In this document: piece by piece, positions 28,352 through 39,185 of the stretch
Layout: each line of letters begins with the position of its first letter
Numbering within the stretch: position 1 is the stretch's first letter
Assembly: GCA_963675755.2 (NCBI GenBank)
Contig: CAXXMD010000002.1
Span: 832,001 to 896,000 of the forward strand
DNA from: a bacterium
GTDB taxonomy: Bacteria; Zhuqueibacterota; Zhuqueibacteria; Residuimicrobiales; Krinioviventaceae
Direction of reading: 5' to 3'
DNA length: 64,000 nucleotides
Notes under the pieces: generated by a model
The model's input: only the letters and a program-made list of their open reading frames with translations
What the model was told of the DNA's origin: nothing
Database searches by the model: none
Translations under genes and position numbers: made by a program

Positions 28352-29464
28352 TTATTGGAAATAATAGCGTATACCGCCATTAAGTTTTATACCGGTTAAA
28401 CCTGTGCTTTCATCAGTGTTTTTTATATTACCAAAATAAAACCTGGCGCCACCATCAAAAACAAGATTCGTTCCTAATGGACGTTGATAACCGCCTCCAA
28501 ATCCAAACAAAGTTGCTCCTCCAGTGTCCCATTCGTTATTGCCATACAATTTCACATCAAACAAGGCAGAATATCGAACATTGTTTTTAGGTGGAAATAA
28601 CAATTGTCCCATTATTTCAAATTCATTTCCGTTGCTGTTTTTACGTTCTTCTTTAAATACATCTCCAACACCGGTTTTATTTTTGCCTTTAATTTTTTCT
28701 CGTATAAAGAGTATCATATCAAAAGAATTCATTGGAGCCCTTAATGTTCCCTGCAACATGAATCGATTGCCACTTTTAAATATATCTTCATCATTACCCT
28801 GATCACTGCCATACAGGGTATAAACAAGATCAGCAGTAACTCGCATATCTCGGTTCATTAATGTAACATTTCGTTCAAGCCCACCTGTTAAGGTAAACTC
28901 GTTTCCTGGCTGATAATCGTATTCATAGTCAGCAAAGGGTTCAAAATTATCTTTCATCAAATAACTGACACCCGCACCTAAAACATATTCTCCAAATTCG
29001 TAAGCGGTTGCAATGCCGAGGTTAATGTCTCTTCCCTGACCAAGATATGGAACACGAAAATTCATTGCCTTGACAGACAAAGCGTTTGCAACATTATACT
29101 CTTCAACAGTTAACGCATTTTTACCGGATGGCAGAACCAATCCGAAGGTAAACAAGTAACGTTCATCTTGAGTTAGATAATGTCCGCGCAACCGGATATC
29201 AGACATACCATTCAAAGAATGACTGTCCCCGGAATTTAAAGAGGAAAACGCAGGAGAAGTAATAACATCAATCCTTGATCTGGGATTAATGGGATACACA
29301 AACGTTATGGGTAAAGCAAATTGAGTAATACGATCTGATTTGGCACTCCAGGTTTCAAAAGACAAACCCGCAATTGTATTCATTTGTCCCTGCAAGCGTG
29401 GTGTATATGATTGCCCAATAGCTATATTGAGAGCAACAAATAAAAGAATTAAAACCTTTTTCAT
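28352..29464 (-). CDS. Outer membrane beta-barrel protein of unknown function
   Basis: Signal peptide; alternating amphipathic strands; GMSDIRL and LVLPSGK (MetA/transporter-like); C-terminal GGIRYYFQ. Confidence 0.75.
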   Translation of the reverse strand: MKKVLILLFVALNIAIGQSYTPRLQGQMNTIAGLSFETWSAKSDRITQFALPITFVYPINPRSRIDVITSPAFSSLNSGDSHSLNGMSDIRLRGHYLTQDERYLFTFGLVLPSGKNALTVEEYNVANALSVKAMNFRVPYLGQGRDINLGIATAYEFGEYVLGAGVSYLMKDNFEPFADYEYDYQPGNEFTLTGGLERNVTLMNRDMRVTADLVYTLYGSDQGNDEDIFKSGNRFMLQGTLRAPMNSFDMILFIREKIKGKNKTGVGDVFKEERKNSNGNEFEIMGQLLFPPKNNVRYSALFDVKLYGNNEWDTGGATLFGFGGGYQRPLGTNLVFDGGARFYFGNIKNTDESTGLTGIKLNGGIRYYFQ

Positions 29465-29486
29465 TTATCTAGTCTCCACATACAGG

Positions 29487-30974
29487 TTAATGGATAGGTA
29501 CAATAATTTCAATATTTGCAGTGTTGCCAAAAGTGGGTTGGTTTTGTTCCTGTACAGGTTCACGTGATTCCATTCCGGGGATAAAACCAATATCAATAAT
29601 AAGCTGAGTATTCTGCATACGATCAAGCAAAGTAGGTTCTTCCAGGCCTCCTGAATATTCAGCAGTACTTTCACCAACAACTGTTGCATCCATAGATATC
29701 TCACTTGCTGTGGATGGTGAACTGTCGGCAACAGAAACGGTCTCATCAGTTTCAGATGCTTCCTGGGTTGTTTCTACTGATTCAGTTGTGGCAACAGCAC
29801 TGGTTTCAGTAGTTTCTGTGGAAACATCCTGAAACTGGGCTTCTGCAACCTGTATGAGGTTTTCAATGGGGCTCAGAGGTACATTCATCTCCTGCATCAT
29901 GGATAATTGTTCCTGTGCCATATCAAATTCAGGATCTTGTTGCAGCGCTGTTTCTAATTCCTGCTCCGCCTGCTCATACATTCCCTGGTCACTGTAGTCT
30001 ATTGCTTTACAATAGGCCATAAATGCCAGCATACTCTCGGTAGGGACTTTACGTATATTATCAATCTCTTCCTGCGTTAGTTGTATACCCATTTTATCAA
30101 TAACACTGAAAACCAGGTTTTTCTCCAGTTTAAAGAAACCTTCCAGGTTTCCAATCACATCACGGGTATCAAAATCTCCGGTTCGGGTTTGCGTTATGCC
30201 GGCATCAATACGAAATTGTTCATCAGCAAGATCAATAAAAGCGCCGTTAACTATTTCAGAAGCACCCAGCAATTTCCCAACACGTGGAGCGGATTGCGCG
30301 TCAACCAGACCTGTTGTTCCGAACCCTATTTCCTCAAGTAGTTGCTGCATTTTTAAACGCTCAACAACCGTTAAAGCATTTGCCTTTGAAAGGTCTGTAA
30401 TCATCATTTCAGCAATCCCCTTTTGCAAGGGAGTTAAAGCAGAATCTGAGCCCATGTATTTAAAATAAACGACAGCAATGGTTTTATCTTTAATGTGTGT
30501 AGTATCAAGGTTTGCTTCGTTTTGAATGGTATTAGCAACATCTTGGCTAATCTGTTTTCGTGTAAGCTTTTCAAGACGCTTTTTCAAGTCGTCTCTGAGA
30601 GAAGAGTTGGAATCAACAATATTAAACTTGCGATACGCGTTAATTGCATTATCCAGATCATTGTTGATCTCATAAGCAGCACCAAGATAAAACAAAGATT
30701 TTCCATCGTCAGGTACCTGTATTAAAACCTGATTAAATGCATCTATTGATTTATCAAATTCAAGATTTTGAAAATAAGCAAGCCCCAGATCCCTTAAAAT
30801 AGCCGGATTGTCAGGATCTTCATCAAGAGCCGATTTTAAATAAGAAATAGCGTCAGTAAAATTATCTCTGCTTAATTCTTTTTGACCGAGTTGGTGATTA
30901 GATGAGGTTGTAGCACAACTTGATAAAAAAAGAGAAATTAAAATAAACCCAATGCCCCAAAAACGGAACTTCAT
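29487..30974 (-). CDS. TPR + CsgG/FlgO-like domain lipoprotein
   Basis: ATG 30974 behind GGAGG; lipobox FLSSC; three N-terminal TPRs; TIAVVYF...GIAEMMITDLS...VVERLKMQQLLEE...PRVGKLLGA; another TPR; T/S/E-rich linker. Confidence 0.82.
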   Translation of the reverse strand: MKFRFWGIGFILISLFLSSCATTSSNHQLGQKELSRDNFTDAISYLKSALDEDPDNPAILRDLGLAYFQNLEFDKSIDAFNQVLIQVPDDGKSLFYLGAAYEINNDLDNAINAYRKFNIVDSNSSLRDDLKKRLEKLTRKQISQDVANTIQNEANLDTTHIKDKTIAVVYFKYMGSDSALTPLQKGIAEMMITDLSKANALTVVERLKMQQLLEEIGFGTTGLVDAQSAPRVGKLLGASEIVNGAFIDLADEQFRIDAGITQTRTGDFDTRDVIGNLEGFFKLEKNLVFSVIDKMGIQLTQEEIDNIRKVPTESMLAFMAYCKAIDYSDQGMYEQAEQELETALQQDPEFDMAQEQLSMMQEMNVPLSPIENLIQVAEAQFQDVSTETTETSAVATTESVETTQEASETDETVSVADSSPSTASEISMDATVVGESTAEYSGGLEEPTLLDRMQNTQLIIDIGFIPGMESREPVQEQNQPTFGNTANIEIIVPIH

Positions 30975-31012
30975 ATACCCTCCATACAATATATGAATAA
31001 CATTCAAATTCG

Positions 31013-31039
31013 TAACAGAAATTTCTACTACTTTGTTCC
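31013..31039 (-). promoter_or_regulatory. Candidate ECF promoter
   Basis: Minus strand GGAAC-N18-GTTA about 40 nt upstream of the lipoprotein ATG. Confidence 0.35.
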
Positions 31040-31109
31040 GTTTTAGACTGGAAAAATTATAAAAATGAAAAAAAATATAAAGGGTTGGTAAAAAAAACAG
31101 GTGCCTGGA

Positions 31110-31289
31110 TTATTTTTTTACAACAATGACTTGTTTTCTGGCTCCGTTATTAATAATCAAAGCTGCAATGGTGCCGGGTACCCACCCACAAATCGTAAGT
31201 ATAGTTGTAATTAAAATACTGCCGCATCCCCTGTCAAGAACAGCCAGTGGAGGAAAAACAATACATAATAATACTCTGAAAAATCCCAT
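31110..31289 (-). CDS. YqaE/Pmp3 family small membrane protein (59 aa)
   Basis: Hand translation MGFFRVLLCIVFPPLAVLDRGCGSILITTILTICGWVPGTIAALIINNGARKQVIVVKK; FPPLAV and GWVPG motifs; RBS AGGAG. Below the ORF-track size cutoff. Confidence 0.9.
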   Translation of the reverse strand: MGFFRVLLCIVFPPLAVLDRGCGSILITTILTICGWVPGTIAALIINNGARKQVIVVKK

Positions 31290-31338
31290 TGAAAATTCTC
31301 CTGTTTAATTACAACAATAATACACATTTTTTTTAAAT

Positions 31339-33660
31339 TTATTCAATATTTTTTTGAAATACCTGAAATTTTATGGTTTCTTTATAACCATCTTCATCCT
31401 GAACTGTTAACTGATGATTACCGGGATCTAAAGAAACCGGAAAATTGTGAATATCCTGTGTTTCACGCAAATACACTCCATCAAGATACCAAAAGATACG
31501 TGAAGACGGATTATGATGTTTCGCGGAAAAAACAATTTTTTCAAGCTTTCCATCAATATCTCTGGGTACAAAAATCTTGATTCCGTTAAGCGGATAAATC
31601 AACTCCAATATCGTCAGGTTCTGTTGAACAGGACAATCCGGTGCATGCTTGGGTATTTCATCACAATGCACACCCTGTTTTTCCAATACTTCTTTAACAA
31701 GTGGCGGTACAATATATAAACTAATAGATTGAGTTGGTTTGTTCAGCCAGCACAAAGAGCAAACAACATCTCTTGTATGCTCATCTATAATATAATGTTG
31801 ATGAAAAGGACAAAATCCGGGAATATAACTGTTTATAGGACGTTCAATCAATACGGTTTCAGGACAATCAGGGCCTGCAGGATAACCACTCTGCTTACAG
31901 CACTCCACCAAAACCAGATCATCATTGGGTTTATCAAACCACAATTCTTTTTGAGGATCAGTTAAAGCATTGAACAAATCAAACATCATGGGTGCGGCAC
32001 ATGATGCACCACTGATGGAAGCATTCCCTTCTCCTGTAAAATTACCAACCCACACTCCAATTGTCCATTGTTTATTTACACCAATGGCCCATCCATCTTT
32101 TTGACCATAGCTTGTACCAGTCTTCCAGGCAACGGGTACCTGGTTATTAAACCGCTGCCAGTAATATTCTGAACCGGGACGTTGAAGATATTTAAGCGTT
32201 TCAAGAATCTGCCAGGCACTGCCCTTGCTATAGAGCTGTAGATCGTTTTCAGATATTCGTGTTTCTTTATACGTTACCGGTACATGTAAACCCAAATTAC
32301 CCAATTCAACATATAATTGCAGCAACTCCCACAAACTGGCTTCAGCTCCCCCCAAAATTAGAGATAACCCATATCCATCTGGAGATCTGAACAAATGTTT
32401 AAAGCCAGCTTGTTGTAAAAAATAATAAAAATCATTTATGCCATATTGATTCAATAAACGTACTGCCGGAACATTCAAAGACTTTACAAGCATCTCTTCG
32501 ATTGTAACCAATCCTTGAAAAGTTTTGGTTGCATTTTGTGGGGCAAATGTACCATAAAAAGTGGGTACATCTTTTAAAACAGATTGGATTGTAAAAGGAC
32601 CCCGATCCAGCACATTTGCAGCCAGAAAGGGTTTGAGTAAACTACCCGTTGAACGGGATGAATTTACACCATCAACCTGTCCCTGGTTATCATTATCAAA
32701 AAAATCATGAGAACCCACATACGCTCTGACTTTGCCAGTTCCTGTTTCGGCAATCAAAAGTGCTGCATTTTTAATACCCATAGAGGATAACCAATTATAA
32801 TTGGCATCCATCATTTGTTCTGCAATAGCTTGTACATCCAAATCCAACGTTGTATGGATTAGATCCTGAGTAGATTCATTCTGTTTTACAAATTCAGTAA
32901 AATGGGGTGCTAAAAAAGGCAGTTTTTTTGTACCGGAAGGTAAAGGTTCATCACAAGCTATCAAATAATCCGTCTTATCAATAATATCATTATTGAACAA
33001 TTTCAAGAGCAATGTATTGCGTTTTTGTAAAAGTTGCTCTCTCCCCTTTTCCAGATTTAATAAACCGGGAGAATTGGGCAATACAACAAAAAGTGCTGCT
33101 TCTGCCCAGGTTAATTCAGAAATCGGTTTATTGTAATAACAATAGGATGCGGCTGAAATACCCACAATATTGCTACCCATGGGTACATGTGCGGCATAAT
33201 ACTTTAAAATTTCTTTTTTGGAAACATGAACCGTATAACGGAATGCCTGTGCACACTCCAAGAGTTTATTAAGTATAGTCCTTTGTTTGGGCTCTGCAAG
33301 TCTTGCAACCTGCATGGTTATTGTACTGCCACCCCGTTTGACCTCGCCAGCCTTAATATTCACAACAGTAGCATTCAGAATTGCTTTAACATCAAAACCT
33401 GGATGTCTGTAAAAGCGTTTATCCTCAAATAGTATCAAAGATTTAACATATTTATCAGGAAGGACCATCTCTTCCATAGGGAAACGGTACTGCTCATCAC
33501 TGCTCAGAAAAGCACGTATTAACCGACTATCCTGATCAAAAACCAGCGTTGAATAATCACAATGAAAGATATGTACAGGCCTGTATATCCAAATCAGATA
33601 AATCAAAACAAGAATAAATACAGGCCCATAAATATATAAATACTTTTTAGAAAAAGTCAT
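31339..33660 (-). CDS. pbpC: Penicillin-binding protein 1C
   Basis: FEDKRFYRHPG, GGSTITMQVAR (transglycosylase); GSLLKP (SxxK), SLN, KTGTS; C-terminal BiPBP domain. Confidence 0.95.
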   Translation of the reverse strand: MTFSKKYLYIYGPVFILVLIYLIWIYRPVHIFHCDYSTLVFDQDSRLIRAFLSSDEQYRFPMEEMVLPDKYVKSLILFEDKRFYRHPGFDVKAILNATVVNIKAGEVKRGGSTITMQVARLAEPKQRTILNKLLECAQAFRYTVHVSKKEILKYYAAHVPMGSNIVGISAASYCYYNKPISELTWAEAALFVVLPNSPGLLNLEKGREQLLQKRNTLLLKLFNNDIIDKTDYLIACDEPLPSGTKKLPFLAPHFTEFVKQNESTQDLIHTTLDLDVQAIAEQMMDANYNWLSSMGIKNAALLIAETGTGKVRAYVGSHDFFDNDNQGQVDGVNSSRSTGSLLKPFLAANVLDRGPFTIQSVLKDVPTFYGTFAPQNATKTFQGLVTIEEMLVKSLNVPAVRLLNQYGINDFYYFLQQAGFKHLFRSPDGYGLSLILGGAEASLWELLQLYVELGNLGLHVPVTYKETRISENDLQLYSKGSAWQILETLKYLQRPGSEYYWQRFNNQVPVAWKTGTSYGQKDGWAIGVNKQWTIGVWVGNFTGEGNASISGASCAAPMMFDLFNALTDPQKELWFDKPNDDLVLVECCKQSGYPAGPDCPETVLIERPINSYIPGFCPFHQHYIIDEHTRDVVCSLCWLNKPTQSISLYIVPPLVKEVLEKQGVHCDEIPKHAPDCPVQQNLTILELIYPLNGIKIFVPRDIDGKLEKIVFSAKHHNPSSRIFWYLDGVYLRETQDIHNFPVSLDPGNHQLTVQDEDGYKETIKFQVFQKNIE

Positions 33661-36600
33661 TTATTTTACAACAGTTTTATCACCGGCAAGACGAGCATAA
33701 TATTCCGGCGAATACATGGCCTCAACAACCACCGGAGGGATACGATATGTGCCTTTGAATGTGGGATTCAAATGAGCGGCAAATACAACCTCACGATATT
33801 TGGGCAAATCAAAGAACCAATTGATACGATCATCACGTATATCCATATAATCACCGTTGGCGGGATTATTCTTTTTCACCCATTGCGGAAGTTCTTCACC
33901 ATTTACACGATGATTAATTATTTCCAATCCAGCCGGAAAAATACTGCTCAATGCCAGCTCTTCCAGCGTGCCAACATATTCACTTTTGACTTTATAGATT
34001 ACCCAAAAAGATTTACCCTGTTGCAGATCTTTGACAGAGATGGGATATCCTTCTTCATTGAAAAATTTACGGTCAATCAGAATACCCTGATTCTCTGTTT
34101 TAATTCGATCTGTTACAGGTATACCTTCAACCTGTAATGAAACATAAACAGGATCACTGCTTTTCGTTGTAACAGTTATTTGTTTATTCAAAACATCAGA
34201 TATATCCAATACCTGCTGTGTTTGCTGTAATTCTATATCTTTAAGCTTTTTACCATCAACACTGACAGTAAATTTTACATCACCACCATTTCCGGGTGTT
34301 TTTGCATATAATTCGCTTGCTGCAAGCAATACAATTGCCGTTTCCTGAGTAGAATGCCAGCTTTTCGCTGAAAAATCATCAAATACCTTTTTAAGGATGA
34401 ATGATGCGGTTTTTGTATCATCCATTTGCAGGCACAGGTAGGCAATCATTGCTCGGTCACGCATGTCAGAACCATAGGTTCCACCCATTTCACGATAAGG
34501 TTTGATCTGCCATTGGGCCTGATCCACCTGCTTTGCAGCTTCCTTTTGTCCGGCAAGATAATATGCTGTAGCCAGAAATTTACGCGACAAAGGATCAAGA
34601 TCATCAAGATAGTTTTCCCTTACCAGGTTCATGGCGCCCATATCCGGTTTTTCTGCCAGTGATAACAAATACAAACGATAGGCTTGATACCTGTGATTTA
34701 ATATATTTGTCTGCCTTGCCATTTGTTTAGAACTGTTTATCCAGTGATTGTAGAGATTATCAGGGACATAATATCCTTTTCGTTTAGCAAGAATCAGGAA
34801 ATGCCCGGCATAACTGGTTGCCCAGTCATTATAATCATATCGATAATAGGAAGATAATGGCCAGTACGAGAAACCACGGGACAATTTGAATGAAGCAAGT
34901 CGCTCTATGGCGTTATTTACATTTTGAGTAATCATGGATTTTTGGTGATCTCTAACATTAATCAGATCATCCAGGAACAATTGTGGAAATGCGGATGATA
35001 CAGTCTGTTCTAAACATCCATAGGGATATCGAATTAGATATTGAAGACGTTCATCAACATTCAGATTCGGAATTTTTGAAAAAACCAGTTTTGCCGCATT
35101 GGTCCCTTTATAACCAAAAGGCTTGGGAGACAAAACCAGGTCCGTTCCTTTTACAAGCAAAGTGTCCAAAACATCTGTATAATAAGGATTTGGGCTTGAA
35201 ACAGGTAATTCCACAGTATAATCGGCTGAAAAATCACCGGAAATTGCTTTGATGATTAACGTATCCGCTCCAACACGGTTCCCGACTTTGATTCCAAAAT
35301 TTACAGCATCATCACCAATTTTAGTAAAAGTTAATTTCTTTGATGCTCCATCTAAGACAGTCATATTGGATGTTGTAGACAATTCTACAGTTACATCCCT
35401 TACACGTTCATCCATTGCAAAAACAGTTACAGGCAAATCAAATGTATCACCCGGGCGACCTACACGAGGCACTGTGGGCAATACCATTAACGGTTGCTTG
35501 ACAGGAATCGTCTCTTCAAGAGATACATAACTGTTTCCACTCGTCCCTATAACCATTACTTTAACCGAACCAACATAATTAGGCATTGTAAAAGAGGATT
35601 CAAGTGTTTCACCAGGTTTAATTTCAATGGGCTCCTGGAACAGAACCACAGGTTTAAAACGTTTAACCTGGGCCTTGTCCATTCGTTTTAAACGGGCTTC
35701 TTCCAACATGCCGCCGCCAATAGTAAAGTACTGGTCCATATCCGGGAACAGCATGCCAAAGATATCATCATAATTGTCCAGTGTTTGAACAGCCAGCATA
35801 ATTTTCTGATAAAAATAATCCCATGGAGAAGGTGTATCAAATGCAGTTATATCCAGTAAACCTTCATCAACAATTGCAATTGTTACCGAAGATGTTTTGG
35901 AAGCATTGGAATGGATCTTGACTGAAAAATCCTGTTTGGGTTCTAATGACTCTGGTACCGATAACGATAATGGCAAACGCGAATCTGCATTTTCTACGTA
36001 AATGGGTTTTACGCCATACATACGCATAGGCAAGTCATTGTCATCCTGGGTTTGCGGTTGCACAATATAAATTGAAGCATATACATTGGGAACCATATCA
36101 TCATTCAGATCAATTTTGAATTGGGTTTGATTACCTGAAATCTCTTTCCACTCGTGATGTAAAACCTGGTTACCCTGCTCAATCGTCAGGACTGCAATAC
36201 CTTTTGAAGGCGTATCAAAAGACAATTCAGCCGTATCACCAGCTTTGTAGACATTTTGATCAGAGCTGATTTGCAGGAAATTCCGTTCATCAGTCTCTTG
36301 GGCAACAACTCCCCTGCTCCATTTGCTGACATAGAAAAAGAAACCGGTTTGATGTCCCGATTCTTCATCGGTCACTTCAATATAATGTCTTCCATAATCT
36401 TCAATTTTGATTGAATGATTAAAAGGCTGATTGGTAGATGTATAAAGTTCTGTAGAGATTTTGAATGTTGAACTCGCTTTTTTGAAATTCCGTCTGTCAT
36501 CATCATCATAGTGCCACCACCAATGACCCTGCCCAACATAGGTTTCAACTTTTAATTTGCGACCGGAAACCGCATTACCTTCCTGATCAACTGCAACAAT

Positions 36601-39162
36601 TGGGATTTGATAGGATTCACCAAAACTGGCATTTCCATATTCAAAGACATCTTTAATACCACAATAACTTTCAAAAGGTGAAAGCGTAACAATTTTATAA
36701 TTATCTGTAAATCCACCACCTTTTTCATAGACTGTAGAATGCATAGAACAGCGTACTAGAGCATTTGCCCGATCCAAAGAATCAAAGGTATAGTTGATGA
36801 TGGTTTGCCCCTGATCATCCAGGTTCTTTTCAATAATATTCTTGAATTGCTGATTGAACGATTTAAGCGGAGATTCAAATATAAAATCAGGAAAAGAACT
36901 GGAAGCCAGAGATTTGTGTGTTAACACAGCTTCAATACTGGTTTTCAAATTGGCTGCAGGTGCACCAAAAAGATATTTGGATGTTAATGTGCCTTTTAAA
37001 ACAATCGGTCGTCCGGAAAGAAAATCCGGAACATCTGCATATACCTTTAAGCGGTTGGGTTTTATAGTCTCAATTTTAAGATTTTTAGAGAAATGTTGAT
37101 CGGCAATCTCCAGCATTGCTGTCCAGTCACCTGTAGGATCAGTTAATTCAGTAGGTATTGGAAAATATACATGTCCATTAGCTCCGCACTGGGTTTTACG
37201 CTCAAGAACCTGCTGGCCTCTCGAGTTTTTCACTTTGAGGATAACCGGTTGGTTTTCAGGCGGATTCTTTTTATCAAAACGAATGATTGCTGAAAAATGT
37301 ACAGTATCTCCGGGACGATGCACACCTCTGTCAGTATACATAAAAGCATCAATACCGCTTTTGGATCCTGCATGACCTGCAATATCAAAAGAATTCATTT
37401 CCCAACCGGGATGGTCCATTTTAACCAAAGCAATACCGGAATTGTCATTGCCATAAAGATATGATCCCTTTTCTTTAAAAAAGGCATACCCACTTGAATT
37501 GGTTGTTTCAGTTTCCAAGGGTTTGTTCTGATAACTGTACATAGTCAGCTTTAATCCGGATGCAGGCTTGGCAGTTAATACATCAATTGCCTGCACGTGT
37601 ACACCCTCATCGGCTTTTTTCACAGCCAAACCAATGTTGGAGGAAATCAACAACTTGTTGGAATTGCCCCTTGAATAATAATAGCCATATTGTGTAGGAT
37701 TATTGTAATAATCATCACCAGCAAAATATAATGTATTATCAGCAATCTCATTTTTACGATTTACCGGTTTTCCGGTAAGGTCTTCTTTATCAAAATTCAG
37801 TTGAACAACAAAAGCTGAGTTTTTCTTGTTTTTCAAAATCGGCCCAAGATCAAACTCGGTTTTTATCCATTGGTTCTTTTGTGTTGTAATGTCCAGTTTG
37901 TTTTCATAAACGGTTTCACCAACACGGTTTATATCTCTGAATTCATTGTCCCAGCCATAGGGATCAGAGTTCAGGCTTTTATCTTTGATCAGATTTTCCT
38001 GAATAAAAAAGCCAATATTTTGTGGAAAAATTTCATAGACTTTAACATCCATCCTGGCAATATTTACTGATTTGAACTGTAATTTAAAATCATTTGATGC
38101 AGGTAAATAAACTCCCTTTGAAAGCCATTCGATTTCGGGTTTAATATTATCCAGTGAAAATTTTTGAGTGAAATCATCTTTTAACTGTGTGCCGTATATG
38201 GAAGGAAAGCCTTTGTTAATAGTTATCTGATATTCTACACCCGGAACAAAAGCACCATTAACTTGAAGATATTTAGACTGTATCTTTAATTTATGCTCAA
38301 TCTGGGGAGATATCCTGATAAATCCGGAAAGATCAGTATTTGATTTAATTGGTTCATTGAAACGAAAACCATAAGTATAAAGCTTTGAATCCGGATCGCT
38401 CATATCCATATCACCAACTATGCGAAACTCGTCAATTCCGGCAAGGATAAATGAATAAGACCAGTCTTTATTATCAGCAGTATATGATTTGGGTAATGAG
38501 AAAACAAGACTTTTCCCCTGTCGGGTACGGTCCAGTTTTTCTGACACAACAGCCACCTGGTTACTGGCACCGGATATTTTCAAATCAAAATCAACTTTAC
38601 CGGAAGGGCCTTTTATGGTTAGATCTTTTTTCAGACGATCGAGTTCTATATCCTGTGAAAAAGTAATAACACCTGCAAATTGAACAACATTTTGCATTTC
38701 TGGAACAGGAACAAAATCACCTGTTACATTTACAATTTCCTGTTCCGCAACTTTGAATATAAATTCAAAATCGTCAACCTGGGTTTGTTCTCCAAAAGCA
38801 ATTTTACCATTAAACACACCTTTAACCGTCTTACCGGGAGGCAATTGAGTTTCAGCATTAAAAACTATCAAGTTCGTATTAAGCCATGTAGCGGTTCCCT
38901 TGATTCGGGGATCAAAAGAAAAGGGATTATGATCCAATTCATTTCCCACAAAATGCTCCGGAACAATAGGTTCTCTAAACTGAATTTCAATCCGGGTTTT
39001 TGCTGAAACCAATGATGGTGGATATTTAACGATTTCATTCTTTAAATCAATCGCATCTTTTTGAACGGTAACACCCGGGCTCGCTTGTTCTTTTTGTTGA
39101 GGTTTTTCCTGACATGCCAAAAGCAACAAAGCAAGAAACAGAAACACAAACAGTTTTTTCAT
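33661..39162 (-). CDS. Bacterial alpha-2-macroglobulin (YfhM-like) lipoprotein
   Basis: Lipobox LLAC; TDRGVHRPGD; VDEGLL; MPNYVGSVKVM; thioester motif YPYGCLEQ; DIRDDR; EAMYSP; directly upstream of pbpC. Confidence 0.95.
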   Translation of the reverse strand: MKKLFVFLFLALLLLACQEKPQQKEQASPGVTVQKDAIDLKNEIVKYPPSLVSAKTRIEIQFREPIVPEHFVGNELDHNPFSFDPRIKGTATWLNTNLIVFNAETQLPPGKTVKGVFNGKIAFGEQTQVDDFEFIFKVAEQEIVNVTGDFVPVPEMQNVVQFAGVITFSQDIELDRLKKDLTIKGPSGKVDFDLKISGASNQVAVVSEKLDRTRQGKSLVFSLPKSYTADNKDWSYSFILAGIDEFRIVGDMDMSDPDSKLYTYGFRFNEPIKSNTDLSGFIRISPQIEHKLKIQSKYLQVNGAFVPGVEYQITINKGFPSIYGTQLKDDFTQKFSLDNIKPEIEWLSKGVYLPASNDFKLQFKSVNIARMDVKVYEIFPQNIGFFIQENLIKDKSLNSDPYGWDNEFRDINRVGETVYENKLDITTQKNQWIKTEFDLGPILKNKKNSAFVVQLNFDKEDLTGKPVNRKNEIADNTLYFAGDDYYNNPTQYGYYYSRGNSNKLLISSNIGLAVKKADEGVHVQAIDVLTAKPASGLKLTMYSYQNKPLETETTNSSGYAFFKEKGSYLYGNDNSGIALVKMDHPGWEMNSFDIAGHAGSKSGIDAFMYTDRGVHRPGDTVHFSAIIRFDKKNPPENQPVILKVKNSRGQQVLERKTQCGANGHVYFPIPTELTDPTGDWTAMLEIADQHFSKNLKIETIKPNRLKVYADVPDFLSGRPIVLKGTLTSKYLFGAPAANLKTSIEAVLTHKSLASSSFPDFIFESPLKSFNQQFKNIIEKNLDDQGQTIINYTFDSLDRANALVRCSMHSTVYEKGGGFTDNYKIVTLSPFESYCGIKDVFEYGNASFGESYQIPIVAVDQEGNAVSGRKLKVETYVGQGHWWWHYDDDDRRNFKKASSTFKISTELYTSTNQPFNHSIKIEDYGRHYIEVTDEESGHQTGFFFYVSKWSRGVVAQETDERNFLQISSDQNVYKAGDTAELSFDTPSKGIAVLTIEQGNQVLHHEWKEISGNQTQFKIDLNDDMVPNVYASIYIVQPQTQDDNDLPMRMYGVKPIYVENADSRLPLSLSVPESLEPKQDFSVKIHSNASKTSSVTIAIVDEGLLDITAFDTPSPWDYFYQKIMLAVQTLDNYDDIFGMLFPDMDQYFTIGGGMLEEARLKRMDKAQVKRFKPVVLFQEPIEIKPGETLESSFTMPNYVGSVKVMVIGTSGNSYVSLEETIPVKQPLMVLPTVPRVGRPGDTFDLPVTVFAMDERVRDVTVELSTTSNMTVLDGASKKLTFTKIGDDAVNFGIKVGNRVGADTLIIKAISGDFSADYTVELPVSSPNPYYTDVLDTLLVKGTDLVLSPKPFGYKGTNAAKLVFSKIPNLNVDERLQYLIRYPYGCLEQTVSSAFPQLFLDDLINVRDHQKSMITQNVNNAIERLASFKLSRGFSYWPLSSYYRYDYNDWATSYAGHFLILAKRKGYYVPDNLYNHWINSSKQMARQTNILNHRYQAYRLYLLSLAEKPDMGAMNLVRENYLDDLDPLSRKFLATAYYLAGQKEAAKQVDQAQWQIKPYREMGGTYGSDMRDRAMIAYLCLQMDDTKTASFILKKVFDDFSAKSWHSTQETAIVLLAASELYAKTPGNGGDVKFTVSVDGKKLKDIELQQTQQVLDISDVLNKQITVTTKSSDPVYVSLQVEGIPVTDRIKTENQGILIDRKFFNEEGYPISVKDLQQGKSFWVIYKVKSEYVGTLEELALSSIFPAGLEIINHRVNGEELPQWVKKNNPANGDYMDIRDDRINWFFDLPKYREVVFAAHLNPTFKGTYRIPPVVVEAMYSPEYYARLAGDKTVVK

Positions 39163-39185
39163 GATGATCCCAATGTTAGAATAAA

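Noticed and set aside
29640-29830. T/E/S-rich low-complexity segment as tandem repeat or frameshifted region (alternate ORF 29465-29746)
   Set aside because: The main frame is continuous and there is no exact periodicity; it is a disordered linker.
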